A DNA stretch of 64,000 nucleotides from an uncultured Methylomirabilota bacterium (GTDB taxonomy: Bacteria; Methylomirabilota; Methylomirabilia; Methylomirabilales; 2-02-FULL-66-22), in the NCBI GenBank assembly GCA_963845565.1, contig CAWJSJ010000002.1:192001-256000 (forward strand), given 5' to 3'. A program made the translations under genes and the position numbers. Shown piece by piece: positions 10,822-22,198 of this stretch. The stretch's first letter is position 1. Every line of letters starts with the position of its first letter. Under the pieces are notes generated by a model, which worked only from the letters and a program-made list of their open reading frames with translations, ran no database searches and was not told the DNA's origin.

Positions 10822-12930
10822 CTACTTCCGCTTCAGGATGACGCGGGCGTCCACGACGCGGCAGCCCTTGCCCTCTTCGTAGAGGAGAATCGGGTTGGCG
10901 TCGGTCTCGGCGATCTCGTCGTCGAGGTCGGCCACGAGCTGGCTCAGCCGCGAGAGAACGCCGGCTAGGGCCTCCTGGTCGCGCCGCTTCTCGCCCCGGA
11001 CCCCCTGGAGCATCGGGTAGCCCTTGATCTCCTGCTGCATGGCCAGGGCGCAGTCGATGGAGATGGGGGCCACGCGGAAGGTCACGTCCTTCAGGACCTC
11101 GACGAACACCCCGCCCAGACCGAACATGATCGTGGGGCCGAAGGTGGCGTCGTTGACCGAGCCGACGATCACTTCGCTGCCGAGCGGCGCCATCTCGCAC
11201 ACCAGGATGCCGTGGATGTCGGCGTCCGCCTTGTACCGCTTGGCGTTCTCGATGATGGTCCGGAACCCGACCCGCACTGCCTCGGCGTCCTTCAGATTCA
11301 CCCGCACGCCGCCGGCGTCGCTCTTGTGCAGGATGTCGGGGGAGACGATCTTCAGGACGACCGGGAAGCCAAGCTCTTGGGCATACTTGACTGCCTCGTC
11401 CTCGGTCTTGGCCAGACTGGACTTGGTCACCGGCAGACCGTAGCAGGCGAAGAGCGTCTTGGCCTCGGGCTCGGTGAGCGCTTGGCGGCCGGCCTTCCGG
11501 GCCAGGTCGATGATCGCCTTGGCGCGCTTCTTGTCCACATCGGCGTAGGGCTCGAAGTCCACCTTGCAGCCCACCTCCGAGAACCGGGCCGCCTGGCGCA
11601 GGGCCGCCAGGGCCGACATCGTCTTGTTGGGGCAATCGTAGTACGGGATGGACGCGTCCAGCAGGAGTTTTCCCGCTTCCACGCTGCCCGCTCCGCCCAC
11701 GAAGCAGGCCACCACGGGCTTGTCCTTTACGCCCGATTCCGCCAGCTTGGTGATCACGGCGTTGGCGATGTCCGTGGCCTTGGTGACGGCCGTCTCGCAG
11801 TAGAAAACGCCGACGCCGTCCACCCAGGGGGACTTGAGCGCGGCCGCGATCGCCCCCTCGTAGCCGGCCACGCCGCTGCCGCCGGTGATGTCCACCGGGT
11901 TCTTGGCGCTGCCGAAATCCGGCATGAACTTGCGAAACTCTGCCTGGGCGTCGGCCGGCGCAGTCTGGAGCGGGATCCCGTGCCGCTCGGCCGCATCCGA
12001 TCCCAGCACGCCGATCCCGCCGCCGTTGGTGATGATCACGACGTTGCCGCCCTTGAGCACCGGCTGCATCGCCAGAGCCTGGCTCTTGTTCAGCATGTCC
12101 TCCAGATCGGTCGCCCAGATCATGTGGGACTGATTACAGGCAGCCTGGTACACCTTGACCGACCCGGCGAGCGAGCCGGTGTGGGAGGCGGCGGCGGCGG
12201 CGCCGTGCGCCGACACGCCGGCCTTGAGCGCCACGATGGGCTTCCCCGCCCAGCGGCCGGCCTGCATGAACTTGTAGCCGTTCTTGACGCCTTCGATGTA
12301 GAGGGCGATGCACTTCGTGTTCGGATCCTGGGCGTAGTATTCGATGCAGTCCGCGAAGTCCAGGTCCGCCATGTTGCCCAGCGAGATCATGGACGAGACG
12401 CCGAACCGGCGGACGAAGGTCACGGTGTCCAGCGCGATGATCAGGGCGCCCGACTGCGAGATGAGGGTCGTATGGCCGTTGTACGGCAGGACCGGCGCGA
12501 AGCTGGCGTTCGCCTTGGCCGGGTTGCTCATGGTCCCCACGATGTTCGGCCCGATAACTCGACCGCCCGAGGCTTTGACGATCCGGTTCAACTCCTCCTC
12601 GTCCTTCCTGTTCCCCACCTCGGCGAAACCGCTGGTGATGACGATGTGGCCCTTGACCCCTGCCTTGGCACACTGCCGCGCCACGTCCAGCACCTTATCG
12701 GCGGGAACGCAGTACACCGCGGCGTCCACCGGCCCCGGCACGTCGGCGATGGAGGGATACGTCTTGAGGCCGAGGATCTCCGTGGCTCCCGGGTTGATTG
12801 GGTAGATGGGGCCGGGAAAGCCGCCGTCGATCAGATTCTTGGTGACTTGCTGGCCGATGGTCCCCTCGCGGCGAGAGGCACCGATGACGGCAATGGACCG
12901 AGGATTGAATACGGGCTCGAGTTCGTGCAT
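10822..12930 (-). CDS. Acetate--CoA ligase (ADP-forming) family protein, fused alpha/beta
   Basis: PRSIAVIGAS, TSGFAE, IGPN, SQSGA, SHTGSLAG, ATP-grasp HKSDAGGV and FGPTIMFGLGG. Confidence 0.92.
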   Translation of the reverse strand: MHELEPVFNPRSIAVIGASRREGTIGQQVTKNLIDGGFPGPIYPINPGATEILGLKTYPSIADVPGPVDAAVYCVPADKVLDVARQCAKAGVKGHIVITSGFAEVGNRKDEEELNRIVKASGGRVIGPNIVGTMSNPAKANASFAPVLPYNGHTTLISQSGALIIALDTVTFVRRFGVSSMISLGNMADLDFADCIEYYAQDPNTKCIALYIEGVKNGYKFMQAGRWAGKPIVALKAGVSAHGAAAAASHTGSLAGSVKVYQAACNQSHMIWATDLEDMLNKSQALAMQPVLKGGNVVIITNGGGIGVLGSDAAERHGIPLQTAPADAQAEFRKFMPDFGSAKNPVDITGGSGVAGYEGAIAAALKSPWVDGVGVFYCETAVTKATDIANAVITKLAESGVKDKPVVACFVGGAGSVEAGKLLLDASIPYYDCPNKTMSALAALRQAARFSEVGCKVDFEPYADVDKKRAKAIIDLARKAGRQALTEPEAKTLFACYGLPVTKSSLAKTEDEAVKYAQELGFPVVLKIVSPDILHKSDAGGVRVNLKDAEAVRVGFRTIIENAKRYKADADIHGILVCEMAPLGSEVIVGSVNDATFGPTIMFGLGGVFVEVLKDVTFRVAPISIDCALAMQQEIKGYPMLQGVRGEKRRDQEALAGVLSRLSQLVADLDDEIAETDANPILLYEEGKGCRVVDARVILKRK

Positions 12931-13065
12931 GTGATCCCCCCTGCCATGATTGCTGGCGAGGCACAAAGGTTATTGGAGCGCAAACCTGATCGGAAAAACC
13001 CTACGAAGGGTCCGTGGGTGGCCGGCGCTGGCCGTGTTTCTCTCCCCACGAATGTTGGCAGCTTC

Positions 13066-13170
13066 TTAGGAGCCGTTACGAAATAACGTGATCGTCTTGA
13101 TAATTTCGTTACGGCTCCTTATGCCGTTTCCAGAATATCTCTGGTCAAATTATTCTCTGACAACGGCTTA
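13066..13170. repeat. Family A repeat, full copy (reverse orientation)
   Basis: TTAGGAGCCGTTACGAAAT...ATTTCGTTACGGCTCCTTATGCCGTT...TGACAACGGCTTA. Confidence 0.9.
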
Positions 13171-13476
13171 ACGCCGCTTCGTTGCGACTTTTTGCAAGTG
13201 CTGGACCACTCAGATGGTTCAATCTAACTCGTGATTCGTAAAGGGCTCTCCCGGAGAACGACGGGTTCCTCGATGAGCGGGCCCCGCGTGGAACGCGACA
13301 TGTTGTCCCACGGTGTTTGATAATCGCCCCGTCTGCCTTATATATAGCGTTTGCGACCGAACACTGCAAGCCCCGGCGGTCGGAACCCGATCGGGTGACC
13401 GGAGAACCGAACAACCGTTCGGACCTGCCGCCCGTCGTCGCGCCACACGCTACGGCGCCGGAACGTGCAACGCTCG

Positions 13477-16400
13477 TCAGCCCTCGAGTCGCGCCAGGCG
13501 ATCCGACGCAAAACCCCGCCGCAGCGTGTGTTCGCAGATCACCCGTCCTTCGACAAATTGAATCAGGTAATCCGGGCCGCCCGCCTGATATCCCACGCCC
13601 GACATCTGGCGCCCGCCGAACGGCTGGCGCCCCACGATGGCCCCGGTGATCCCGCGGTTGATGTACAGATCTCCCACGCGGAAGGCCTCCTCCGCCCGGC
13701 GAAGGTTGGTTGGACTTCGCGAGAAGACCCCGCCGGTGAGCGCGTAGTCGCTGTCCATGGCGAGCGCCAGCGCCGCCTCGAAGTCCTTGGCCGGCATGAC
13801 AGAGAGGACGGGCCCAAAGATCTCCTCCTGGGCCAGCGGGCTCGCGGGCGGCACGTCGGCAAAGATGGCGGGCGGCACGAAGTAGCCTCCCAGGGATCCC
13901 AGATCCGCCGGAACGTCCCGGATGAGGGCGGGGCGGGCACCGCTCCTCCCCGCTGCGATGTAGTGCTGGACTCTCCGCTGCGCGGCCTGGTCGATCAGCG
14001 GCCCCACCACCGTCGCCGGTTGGTCCGCCGCCCCCATGGGCAGCGTCCGGACCGCTTCGACAAGGCGCGCCAGCAGTCGGTCGTAAACGCGCCCGACACC
14101 GATCACGCGAGAACAGGCAGAACATTTTTGACCCGAGTAGCCGAAAGCCGAGGCGACAATCCCCTGGACCGCCTCGTCCAGGTCGGCGTCGTCGTCCACC
14201 ACGATCGCGTTCTTGCCCCCCATCTCGGCCACCACCCGCTTCAGGTGCCGGGCGCCCGGCACGGTTTGCGCGGCCAGACCGTAGAGTCGCGCACCCACCT
14301 CGCGGGAGCCGGTAAAGACGATCATCCGGACGGCGGGGTGGCGGGCGAGTCGATCCCCCACGACCTCACCGGGGCCGGGCAGATAGTTCACGACTCCCGG
14401 CGGCAGGCCGGCCTCCTCCAGGATCGCCACGAGGTGGGCCGCGATCACCGGCGTCGGTCTGGCCGGCTTCATCACCACCGTATTCCCGGTCGCCAGGGCA
14501 GCGGCGGTCATGCCGGTGAGAATCGCCAAGGGGAAATTCCAGGGGGCGATCACGCCCACCACGCCGCGCGGCTCCCGCAAATACAGATTGATCTCTCCGG
14601 GAAACTCGCCCAGGCGCCGCGGTGCCTGCAGATCCATGGCCTCACGGCCGTAGTATTCCAGGAAATCGATCGCCTCGATCACATCGCCGTCCGCTTCTCG
14701 CCAGGGCTTCCCGGCCTCGTGGACGATCCAGGCAGCCAGATCGGTGCGCCGCTCCCGGAGGATCACCGCCGCCCGGTGCAAGAGCTGCGCGCGATCGCGC
14801 ACCCCGCGATCCCGCCAATCGGGAAACGCCCGCTCAGCCGCCGCCACTGCCTCGTCCACGTCTGCGGCCGTGGCCGAGGCGGCCCACCCCACGACTTCGC
14901 CGGGCCGAGAAGGGTTGAGAGAGGCAAGCCTGTCGGGGGTCTCGACGGATCGCCCCCCGATGACCAGCGGGTGGAAACGCCCGAACTGGCGCCGGACGCC
15001 GGCGAGCGCCTCGGCGAAGCGGTCGCGCTCGATGGCCAAGGCAAAGTCCGCCCGGGGTTCGTTCGCAAAGGGGGGCAGAGCGTCCCGGCGGGAACCCGGC
15101 GCCGCGGGGGCGGGGGCGGCCTCAGCCGGCGCGCCGGCCTGAGGGGGCGCGAGCAACGCGTCCGGCGATTCGCCATCCGCGAAACCGCGGCGGAGGAAGG
15201 ATTCGTTGGAGGTGTTTTCCAGCAGCCGACGTACCAGATACCCCATGCCCGGGATCAGTTCTCCGAAGGGCATGTAGACCCGCACGCGCTCCCCCTGCTC
15301 GCTTAGCGCCCGGGCCAGGGGCGCCGCCATGCCGTAGAGAACCTGATACTCCACGCTCTTCGGCGGGAGGCCCATCGCCTCGCGGCACGCCGCGGCGTAG
15401 GCAATCGACCGGATGTTGTGGCTACCCAGGACGAGGTCCACCGTGTTCGCTCGCTCCAGGAAGTAGCGCGTCAGGCGCTCGAAGCACGCATCCGTCTGGC
15501 TCTTCACCGCATAGACGGGAATCGGCCATCCCTCCAACCTCGCACGCGCGACCTCGTAGTCCCAGTACGCTCCCTTTACCAGTCGAACGGTGATCGGCGC
15601 CCCCCGCTGCAACGCCCACTCCACCAGGCGTCTGGCATCGGCCTCGGCCTCCAAGAGATACGCCTGCAGGACAATCCCCACATTCCGGTTCGACCGAAAC
15701 TCTGGCTCGGCGCAGAGCTCCGTGAAAACCTGGAGCGTGAGGTCCTTCAGCCGATGGTCTTCCATGTCGATCTGGATGTGCGCGTTGTGCGTCTGGGCGG
15801 CCCGGAAGATGGGGCGGAGGCGCGTCTTCACCGTATCCGCGGCACCCGCGGGATCGATCGGATCGAAATACGGGGAGAGGGCGGAGAGCTTCACCGACAC
15901 GTTCACGCGAGGCAGCGCACCCCACGGGGCCGCGTCCAGGCCTTCGTGCGCGTGCCAGGTTCGGGCCGCGGGCGAGAGCTGTTCTACCAGCGCCAAGTAC
16001 CGCGCCTGATACGCCGCCGCCTCGTCGTCGCTTACGCAGGCCTCGCCCAGGAGGTCCAGCGTGGCGGTCAACCCCGTGCGACGGACCCGTCGCACGGCGC
16101 GCCCAGCCTCTGCAGGTGTGGCACCCGCGATGAAGCGGCGACCGAGGTGTCGCACGGCGACCCGGAGGGCACCGGCGACAACCAGCTCGCCGAGCCAGCC
16201 GAGTTCGGCAACGACCAGACCAACCCGCGTGAGGCGGGCGAACGGCCCGGGCCGATCGCCGAGGTAGTCGCGCAGGTGGCGGACCGTCTCGGTCGCATCC
16301 CCCAAGGCGGGGAGGACGTCCACAAATCGAAAGAGCTGCAGCTTGGCGTCCTCATCTGTCATCGCCCAGGCCAGGAGGCGGGCGGTCAACCGATCACCCG

Positions 16401-16500
16401 CCAGGAAACCGGCAGCGTCTCCGCGGACGCGCCCAAACAGGTCGCGCCCGATTTCGCGAATTCGTTCCTCCGGGACCGCGAACGCTCTAGGCGCAGCCAT
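13477..16500 (-). CDS. putA: Bifunctional proline dehydrogenase / L-glutamate gamma-semialdehyde dehydrogenase
   Basis: VRLVKGAYWD, YLVRRLLENTSN, PWNFPLAI, EMGGKN, GQKCSACS, EEIFGP. Confidence 0.95.
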   Translation of the reverse strand: MAAPRAFAVPEERIREIGRDLFGRVRGDAAGFLAGDRLTARLLAWAMTDEDAKLQLFRFVDVLPALGDATETVRHLRDYLGDRPGPFARLTRVGLVVAELGWLGELVVAGALRVAVRHLGRRFIAGATPAEAGRAVRRVRRTGLTATLDLLGEACVSDDEAAAYQARYLALVEQLSPAARTWHAHEGLDAAPWGALPRVNVSVKLSALSPYFDPIDPAGAADTVKTRLRPIFRAAQTHNAHIQIDMEDHRLKDLTLQVFTELCAEPEFRSNRNVGIVLQAYLLEAEADARRLVEWALQRGAPITVRLVKGAYWDYEVARARLEGWPIPVYAVKSQTDACFERLTRYFLERANTVDLVLGSHNIRSIAYAAACREAMGLPPKSVEYQVLYGMAAPLARALSEQGERVRVYMPFGELIPGMGYLVRRLLENTSNESFLRRGFADGESPDALLAPPQAGAPAEAAPAPAAPGSRRDALPPFANEPRADFALAIERDRFAEALAGVRRQFGRFHPLVIGGRSVETPDRLASLNPSRPGEVVGWAASATAADVDEAVAAAERAFPDWRDRGVRDRAQLLHRAAVILRERRTDLAAWIVHEAGKPWREADGDVIEAIDFLEYYGREAMDLQAPRRLGEFPGEINLYLREPRGVVGVIAPWNFPLAILTGMTAAALATGNTVVMKPARPTPVIAAHLVAILEEAGLPPGVVNYLPGPGEVVGDRLARHPAVRMIVFTGSREVGARLYGLAAQTVPGARHLKRVVAEMGGKNAIVVDDDADLDEAVQGIVASAFGYSGQKCSACSRVIGVGRVYDRLLARLVEAVRTLPMGAADQPATVVGPLIDQAAQRRVQHYIAAGRSGARPALIRDVPADLGSLGGYFVPPAIFADVPPASPLAQEEIFGPVLSVMPAKDFEAALALAMDSDYALTGGVFSRSPTNLRRAEEAFRVGDLYINRGITGAIVGRQPFGGRQMSGVGYQAGGPDYLIQFVEGRVICEHTLRRGFASDRLARLEG

Positions 16501-16668
16501 TATCACGACCTCCTCGCTGGCGGGCGGGGCGAACGGCCGTTTCCTCTAATGGCGGAGCTGTCAACTGGCTCTGAGGCGGGTCTCGCGCCCGCTGGCCTAA
16601 CCGGGCCAGCGGGCGCGGAGAACACAGGATCGGCCCCCCAACGCACCGCGGCGCCGGGGGAATCGGGC

Positions 16669-17917
16669 TCAGGCTGTCCGAACGCGTGCTCCTGCCTGGC
16701 GCGCGGACACCGTCTCGGGCGAGAACTCCCCTTCCGAGTAGGCGACCGCTGCCGTGCAGGCCACGTCGCCCGTCACGTTGAGGCACGTCCGCCCCATGTC
16801 CAGGATCACGTCGATTCCGGCGATGAGACCGAGACCCTCCAGCGGCAGGCCGACGCCCTGCAGGACCATGGCCAGCATGATCAGGCCGGCGCCCGGAACG
16901 CCCGCCGTCCCGATGGAGCCGAGCGTCGCCAAGAGGATGATCATCAGGTACTGGTTAAATCCAAGTGGCACACCGTAGAGAGACGCGATGAAGAGCGCTG
17001 CGATCCCCTGATAGATGGCCGTGCCGTCCATGTTGACGGTGGCCCCCAGGGGGAGCGTGAAACTGGTAATGCTCCGCGGGAGGCCCAACTTCTCCTCCGA
17101 GACGCGCATCGTCACCGGAAGCGTGGCGTTACTGCTCCGGGTGACGAAGGCCATTACCATGACCTCCGTGATCGCTTTGAAGAATCGGAACGGGTTCACA
17201 TGCGCCAGGATCTGGACGATTGAGGAATAGACGATCGCCACGTGCAGGAAATAGGCGAGGTAGCACACCAGGATGAGGTTCAGGAACGGCAGCAGGACCT
17301 GGGGCCCCTGCTTGGCGATGGTTGCGGCGATGAGCGAGAAAACGCCCAGAGGCGCGAACCACATCACGATCGTCGTCAGCTTGTACATCGTCTCGGCCGC
17401 ACTGTCAGCGACCGCGATTAGAGCCTTGCCCTTGTCCCCGATCAGGACCGCCGCGATTCCGAAGAGAATCGCGAAGACGATCACCGGCAGGACGTCGCCC
17501 TTGGACAACGACTCAAACGGGTTGGTGGTCACCAGATTGAGCAGGACGTCCTTCAGGGCGGGGATGGTGGGCGTCTTGAAGCCGGCGACCGGCGAAAGCT
17601 TCATGCCGGCGGCCGGGTTGAAGATCCCGGCAATGACCAGACCGATGGCAGACGGCGATGGCCGTGGTCGCCAGATAGATCACGATGATCTTGACGCCCA
17701 CGCGTCCGAGCTTGATGGGATCGCTGATGGAGGCCGTACCGGTGAGCAGGGAGAAGAACACCAGGGGCACGATGAGCATCTTCAAGAGCCGGAGGAAGAG
17801 ATCCCCGATCCAGCTCAGACTGAGGCTCGCATCCTTGAAGAGGAGCCCGAAGACCGCGCCAACCGCAAACCCGATCAGAATCCATCCGAGCAGTCCGATC
17901 CGTCGTCCTTCTGCCAT
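16669..17917 (-). CDS. Dicarboxylate/amino acid:cation symporter (DAACS), one frameshift near 17650
   Basis: FLRLLKMLIVPLVF, TRSSNATLP, GATVNMDG, DMGRTCLNVTGD. Confidence 0.9.
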
Positions 17918-18339
17918 GACCCTGTCCTCCATTCGTGCGTCACGAGGCGACCTGGACCCCCTCCCGGTCTCCGTTCGTCAGAATGGTTCGATCATGCCTG
18001 ACGTTCCGAACTCGTCGGTTTCGTTTCACCTCCTATCGGCGCCGGGAACGACCCACGCGGAAAAGGGATCCGCAGAAAAGACGGCCCTCCGGGATCGGCA
18101 CCCCGCAGGGCCACGCTCATCGTGTTCGACGTTCGCCGAGCAACTGGCACACGATCGGATCCCCCAAGGACGTCCATCTGCCGCCCCACCTTCCCCAAGG
18201 GAACCCACGGCTGATTTCGATTGAAGCGTAGTCCGACCCGGCGGCCGCTGTCAAGGCGAATGACCCGAATGATCGGTCTTGCCGGACGCCGGTCGAGACC
18301 GAAAAGGTGCTTATTTATGGCCGGTTATGACGTAATGAA

Positions 18340-18399
18340 AAATAACCTATTCAAAATATAAAAAAAACTTGACTAGCTGACTCCCCTGGCCGCTACACT
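18340..18399 (+). promoter_or_regulatory. Putative sigma70 promoter heading the light-stress island
   Basis: A-tract (UP-element-like), TTGACT 18369-18374, 19-bp spacer, TACACT 18394-18399. Confidence 0.55.
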
Positions 18400-18421
18400 C
18401 CGTCTCGTAATGAGGAGCGAA

Positions 18422-19906
18422 ATGGAGCGAATGATTCTGGTGACGGGAGCGACGGGATACATCGGAGGCCGCCTGGTGGCGGCCCTGGAAAACGCGGGGC
18501 ATCGCGTTCGATGTTTGGCGCGTCGGCCCGAGACCCTCCACGGGCGCGTCGGCGCGGGAACCGAGGTTGTGCAGGGAGACTGCTTGGCCCCGGCCAGCCT
18601 CGGTCCCGCCCTGGCCGGCGTCCACACGGCCTACTATCTTGTGCACTCCATGGGAGCTACCAAAGACTTCGCCGCGCTCGACCGTGAGGCGGCATGGGAG
18701 TTTGGGCGGGCGGCACGGGAGGCCGGTGTCCGGCGCATCATCTATCTCGGTGGCCTCGGCGAGCCAAGCGACGACCTATCCGCCCACCTGAAGAGTCGCC
18801 AGGAGACCGGTGATATCTTGCGTGAGAGCGGAGTCCCCGTCGTCGAGTTCCGCGCCTCGATCGTGATTGGCTCCGGCAGCCTTTCGTTTGAGATGGTACG
18901 TGCCCTGGTGGAGCGACTCCCGGTGCTCATCTGCCCGAAGTGGGTCTCCGTCGCTGCCCAACCCATAGCGATCGAGGACCTGATCGCGTATCTGGTGGCG
19001 GCACTCGACCTCCCCGAGGCCAGCGCCGGCATCTTCCCGATCGGCGGGCCGGACGTTGTCTCGTACGGTGACATCATGCGGGAGTACGCTCGCCAGCGGG
19101 GTCTCCGGCGCTGGCTGATCTCCGTGCCCGTCCTCACCCCGCGGCTCTCGAGCCTCTGGCTGGGTCTGGTGACTCCCCTCTATGCTCGGGTGGGCCGGAA
19201 ACTGATCGACAGCCTCAGGAATCCCACCATCGTGCGAGACGAGAGCGCCCGACACACCTTCCAGATCCATCCCCGATCCCTCCGCGAAGCGATCGCCCGG
19301 GCCGCCTCTCTGGAGGATGCCGAGCAGGCAGCCACCCGCTGGTCCGACGCCCTCTCGGCGGGTGGCGTGCAGCCTGCTGGGTGGGGCGGTTCCCGGCTGG
19401 GGACCCGAATCGTGGACAGCCGGGCTGTGACGGTGGACTCGCCCCCCTCTGCGGCCTTCGCTCCGGTGCGTCGCATCGGAGGGGCTCAGGGCTGGTATTG
19501 CGGCAACGCCCTGTGGCGGCTGCGCGGGTTCCTGGATCTCCTGGTGGGCGGCATCGGCATGCGTCGTGGCCGTCGGGATCCAGAGTTGCCCCATCCGGGC
19601 GATGCCCTGGACTTCTGGCGCATAGAAGCCTACGAGCCGGATCACCTCCTGCGTCTGGTTGCCGAGATGAAGCTCCCCGGCCGGGCCTGGCTGCAATTTG
19701 AAGTCACCCCGCGCGCCGGGGACGTCTCCGAGATTCGGCAGACGGCCATCTTCGATCCGGCAGGTCTTGCCGGCTTGCTCTACTGGTACGCTCTCTATCC
19801 GCTGCATGCGATCATCTTCCGCGGGATGCTGAATGGCATCGCGGCAAGGGCGACGTCCGGAGATACGAAGAAACCCCGCCATATCACGCACGAGGTGCTG
19901 GCATGA
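18422..19906 (+). CDS. Extended SDR/NAD-epimerase with C-terminal DUF2867 (YbjT-like)
   Basis: ILVTGATGYIGG, AYYLVHSM, IIYLGGL, AEMKLPGRAWLQF; exact start uncertain (18410/18422/18431). Confidence 0.85.
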   Translation: MERMILVTGATGYIGGRLVAALENAGHRVRCLARRPETLHGRVGAGTEVVQGDCLAPASLGPALAGVHTAYYLVHSMGATKDFAALDREAAWEFGRAAREAGVRRIIYLGGLGEPSDDLSAHLKSRQETGDILRESGVPVVEFRASIVIGSGSLSFEMVRALVERLPVLICPKWVSVAAQPIAIEDLIAYLVAALDLPEASAGIFPIGGPDVVSYGDIMREYARQRGLRRWLISVPVLTPRLSSLWLGLVTPLYARVGRKLIDSLRNPTIVRDESARHTFQIHPRSLREAIARAASLEDAEQAATRWSDALSAGGVQPAGWGGSRLGTRIVDSRAVTVDSPPSAAFAPVRRIGGAQGWYCGNALWRLRGFLDLLVGGIGMRRGRRDPELPHPGDALDFWRIEAYEPDHLLRLVAEMKLPGRAWLQFEVTPRAGDVSEIRQTAIFDPAGLAGLLYWYALYPLHAIIFRGMLNGIAARATSGDTKKPRHITHEVLA

Positions 19907-20679
19907 GTCCCACCACGGAACGAGCGGTCTTCCTCATCCTGGGGGCCACAGGCGGAATCGGCTCGGCGCTGGCTCGGCGCCTGGCGAAGTCGGGCGGCCG
20001 TCTCGCCCTCGCCGCCCGCACGTCGGAGCCACTGGAGAGCCTCGCGCACGAGACCGGCGGTATTGCGATCCGAACGGACGCCACGCAGCCGGCCGAGGTG
20101 GACGCCGCCGTTGCCCGCACCCGTGACGAATACGGTCGGCTGGACGGCGTCGCGCACTGCGTGGGCTCTCTGCTGCTGAAGCCGGCCCATATGACGACCG
20201 ACGAGGAATGGTCGCAGACGCTGAACGCCAACCTTTCGTCGGCCTTCTACCTGTTGCGCGCCGCCGCCCGCGTGATGCAGCGGACCGGCGGATCCATCGT
20301 CCTGGTCTCCTCGGCCGCCGCCTCGACCGGCCTCGCCAACCACGAGGCCATCGCTGCGGCGAAGGGCGGGATCGCTGCCATGGCCACATCCGCCGCCGCA
20401 ACCTACGCCTCCCGGAACATCCGGGTCAATTGCGTGGCCCCCGGCCTGGTCCGGACGCCGTTGACCGCTCGGCTGACCGAGAGCGAGGTATCATTGAAAG
20501 CCTCCCAAGCAATGCACCCGCTGGGACGGATCGGAGATCCCGACGACGTGGCAGCCGCCATCGCCTTCCTGCTGGACCCGGCGAACAACTGGATCACAGG
20601 TCAAGTCCTGGGAGTGGATGGCGGCCTGGCCACCCTCAAGGTATCGGCCGGCCGCTCGGCATCGGCAAACGCATCATGA
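19903..20679 (+). CDS. SDR family oxidoreductase with atypical catalytic motif
   Basis: [31 protein letters not shown] in place of YxxxK; ATGA overlap. Confidence 0.85.
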   Translation: MSPTTERAVFLILGATGGIGSALARRLAKSGGRLALAARTSEPLESLAHETGGIAIRTDATQPAEVDAAVARTRDEYGRLDGVAHCVGSLLLKPAHMTTDEEWSQTLNANLSSAFYLLRAAARVMQRTGGSIVLVSSAAASTGLANHEAIAAAKGGIAAMATSAAATYASRNIRVNCVAPGLVRTPLTARLTESEVSLKASQAMHPLGRIGDPDDVAAAIAFLLDPANNWITGQVLGVDGGLATLKVSAGRSASANAS

Positions 20680-20809
20680 TAGAACCCACTCGCCAGCCGC
20701 ACATCCCGGCGCCTGCGGCTGGCATCCGCCCGAAGGTGGCTTTGGCGTGGCGCCCAATCGAATGACAGGGGCCAACGGGACCCCCGTGGCCCTGCGAGGA
20801 GGAGATCCA

Positions 20810-21307
20810 ATGAAGGCGATGGTCAATCTCAAGAAGTTGTTCGCTCCCATGTTGGTCGCCGTAGCCCTGGTGGCCTGGGCCGTGATTCCGGCCCCTGCCG
20901 ATACCCAGAAGGACATCGTGGACACCGCCGTCTCGGCTGGCCAGTTCAACACGCTGGCCAAGGCGCTGACCGAGGCCGGGCTCGTCGAGACCCTGAAGGG
21001 TAAGGGACCCTTCACCGTGTTCGCTCCGACGGATGAGGCGTTCGCCAAGTTGCCCGCGGGCACGCTGGAGGCGCTGCTCAAGGACAAGGCGAAGCTCACG
21101 GCGGTCCTCACCTATCACGTCGTTGCAGGGAAGGTGATGGCGTCGGACGTGGTCAAGCTCAGTGAGGCCAAGACAGTCCAGGGACAGAACGTCAAGATCA
21201 CCACCATGAGCGGGGTCATGGTGAACGACGCCCATGTCGTCAAGGCTGACGTCATGGCCAGCAACGGCGTGATCCACGTCATCGACAAAGTGATTCTGCC
21301 CAACTAA
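20810..21307 (+). CDS. Secreted fasciclin (FAS1) domain protein
   Basis: [39 protein letters not shown]. Confidence 0.93.
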   Translation: MKAMVNLKKLFAPMLVAVALVAWAVIPAPADTQKDIVDTAVSAGQFNTLAKALTEAGLVETLKGKGPFTVFAPTDEAFAKLPAGTLEALLKDKAKLTAVLTYHVVAGKVMASDVVKLSEAKTVQGQNVKITTMSGVMVNDAHVVKADVMASNGVIHVIDKVILPN

Positions 21308-21315
21308 CCGACCGA

Positions 21316-21350
21316 CCCGCTCCGGGTCTGTAAGGTCCGGAGCGGGCTTT
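21316..21350 (+). terminator. Hairpin after fasciclin gene (terminator or stability element)
   Basis: CCCGCTCCGG/CCGGAGCGGG stem followed by CTTT. Confidence 0.45.
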
Positions 21351-21396
21351 CCCTCAGCGTCAGTCGAGCTCAACTTCACGTCACGCGGAGTGTCCC

Positions 21397-22011
21397 ATGT
21401 CATCTCTGACACTGCTGGATGAACTCGAACTCAGGATGCCCCCGGCGGAACGCACCATGGAAGGGGCCGTCACGAGTATTCTGCATGCCATCGGCGAGGA
21501 CCCGAGCCGGGAAGGCCTCCTGAAGACCCCGGAGCGCGTGGCCAAATCCCTCGCCTTCCTGACGTCCGGCGCCGACAAGACCGTGGCGGATGTCTTGAAC
21601 GGTGCCGTCTTCACCGAGGATTACGACCAGATGGTCCTCGTCAAGGACATCGAGTTCTACTCGCTCTGCGAGCACCACATGCTCCCATTCCATGGCAAGG
21701 CCCATATCGCCTACCTCCCGGCCGGTCGTGTGGTCGGGCTCAGCAAGCTGCCCCGTTTGCTTGACGTGTACGCCCGACGCCTGCAAGTCCAGGAGCGTCT
21801 CACGCAGCAGGTCGCCTGGGCGCTTCAGGAAGCCCTGCGGCCCCGCGGCGTCGCGGTGCTCCTCGAGGCCGCCCACTTCTGCATGATGATGCGGGGCGTG
21901 GAGAAGCAGAACTCCAAGACCGTCACCTCGGCCCTGCTGGGCGAGTTCCGGGACTCTCCGGCGCTGCGCAACGAGTTCCTCTCGGCCGTCCGCGGTTCCG
22001 CGTCCTTCTGA
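21397..22011 (+). CDS. folE: GTP cyclohydrolase I
   Basis: [45 protein letters not shown]. Confidence 0.95.
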   Translation: MSSLTLLDELELRMPPAERTMEGAVTSILHAIGEDPSREGLLKTPERVAKSLAFLTSGADKTVADVLNGAVFTEDYDQMVLVKDIEFYSLCEHHMLPFHGKAHIAYLPAGRVVGLSKLPRLLDVYARRLQVQERLTQQVAWALQEALRPRGVAVLLEAAHFCMMMRGVEKQNSKTVTSALLGEFRDSPALRNEFLSAVRGSASF

Positions 22012-22198
22012 GGCGACGGATACTCCGATGCGGATAAGCTCACCTCTTGCACAGGTCCCTTCCGTGATAGAATCCACACGCCCGGACGCGCCGGGATCGA
22101 AGGATGCCTCGTGTCTTCAAGACAGCGCGGCCACCGGGCGGATCGCGCCGGCATCCTTCCTGTCCCGCTTCTCACCTGTTCCCATGCAAGGGCCCGAC

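Noticed and set aside
13180..13470. ncRNA or operator in the putA / acyl-CoA ligase intergenic region
   Set aside because: Only a short TTGC-N8-GCAA dyad, too weak to support
11212..17223. Long antisense ORFs (624, 613 and 601 aa)
   Set aside because: Shadows of the acyl-CoA ligase, putA and DAACS genes, expected at high GC, with no recognisable motifs
17940..18240. Riboswitch or sigma54 promoter upstream of the DAACS gene
   Set aside because: A hairpin with a T-run and a TGGCAC are present, but no recognisable aptamer and no correctly spaced TTGC
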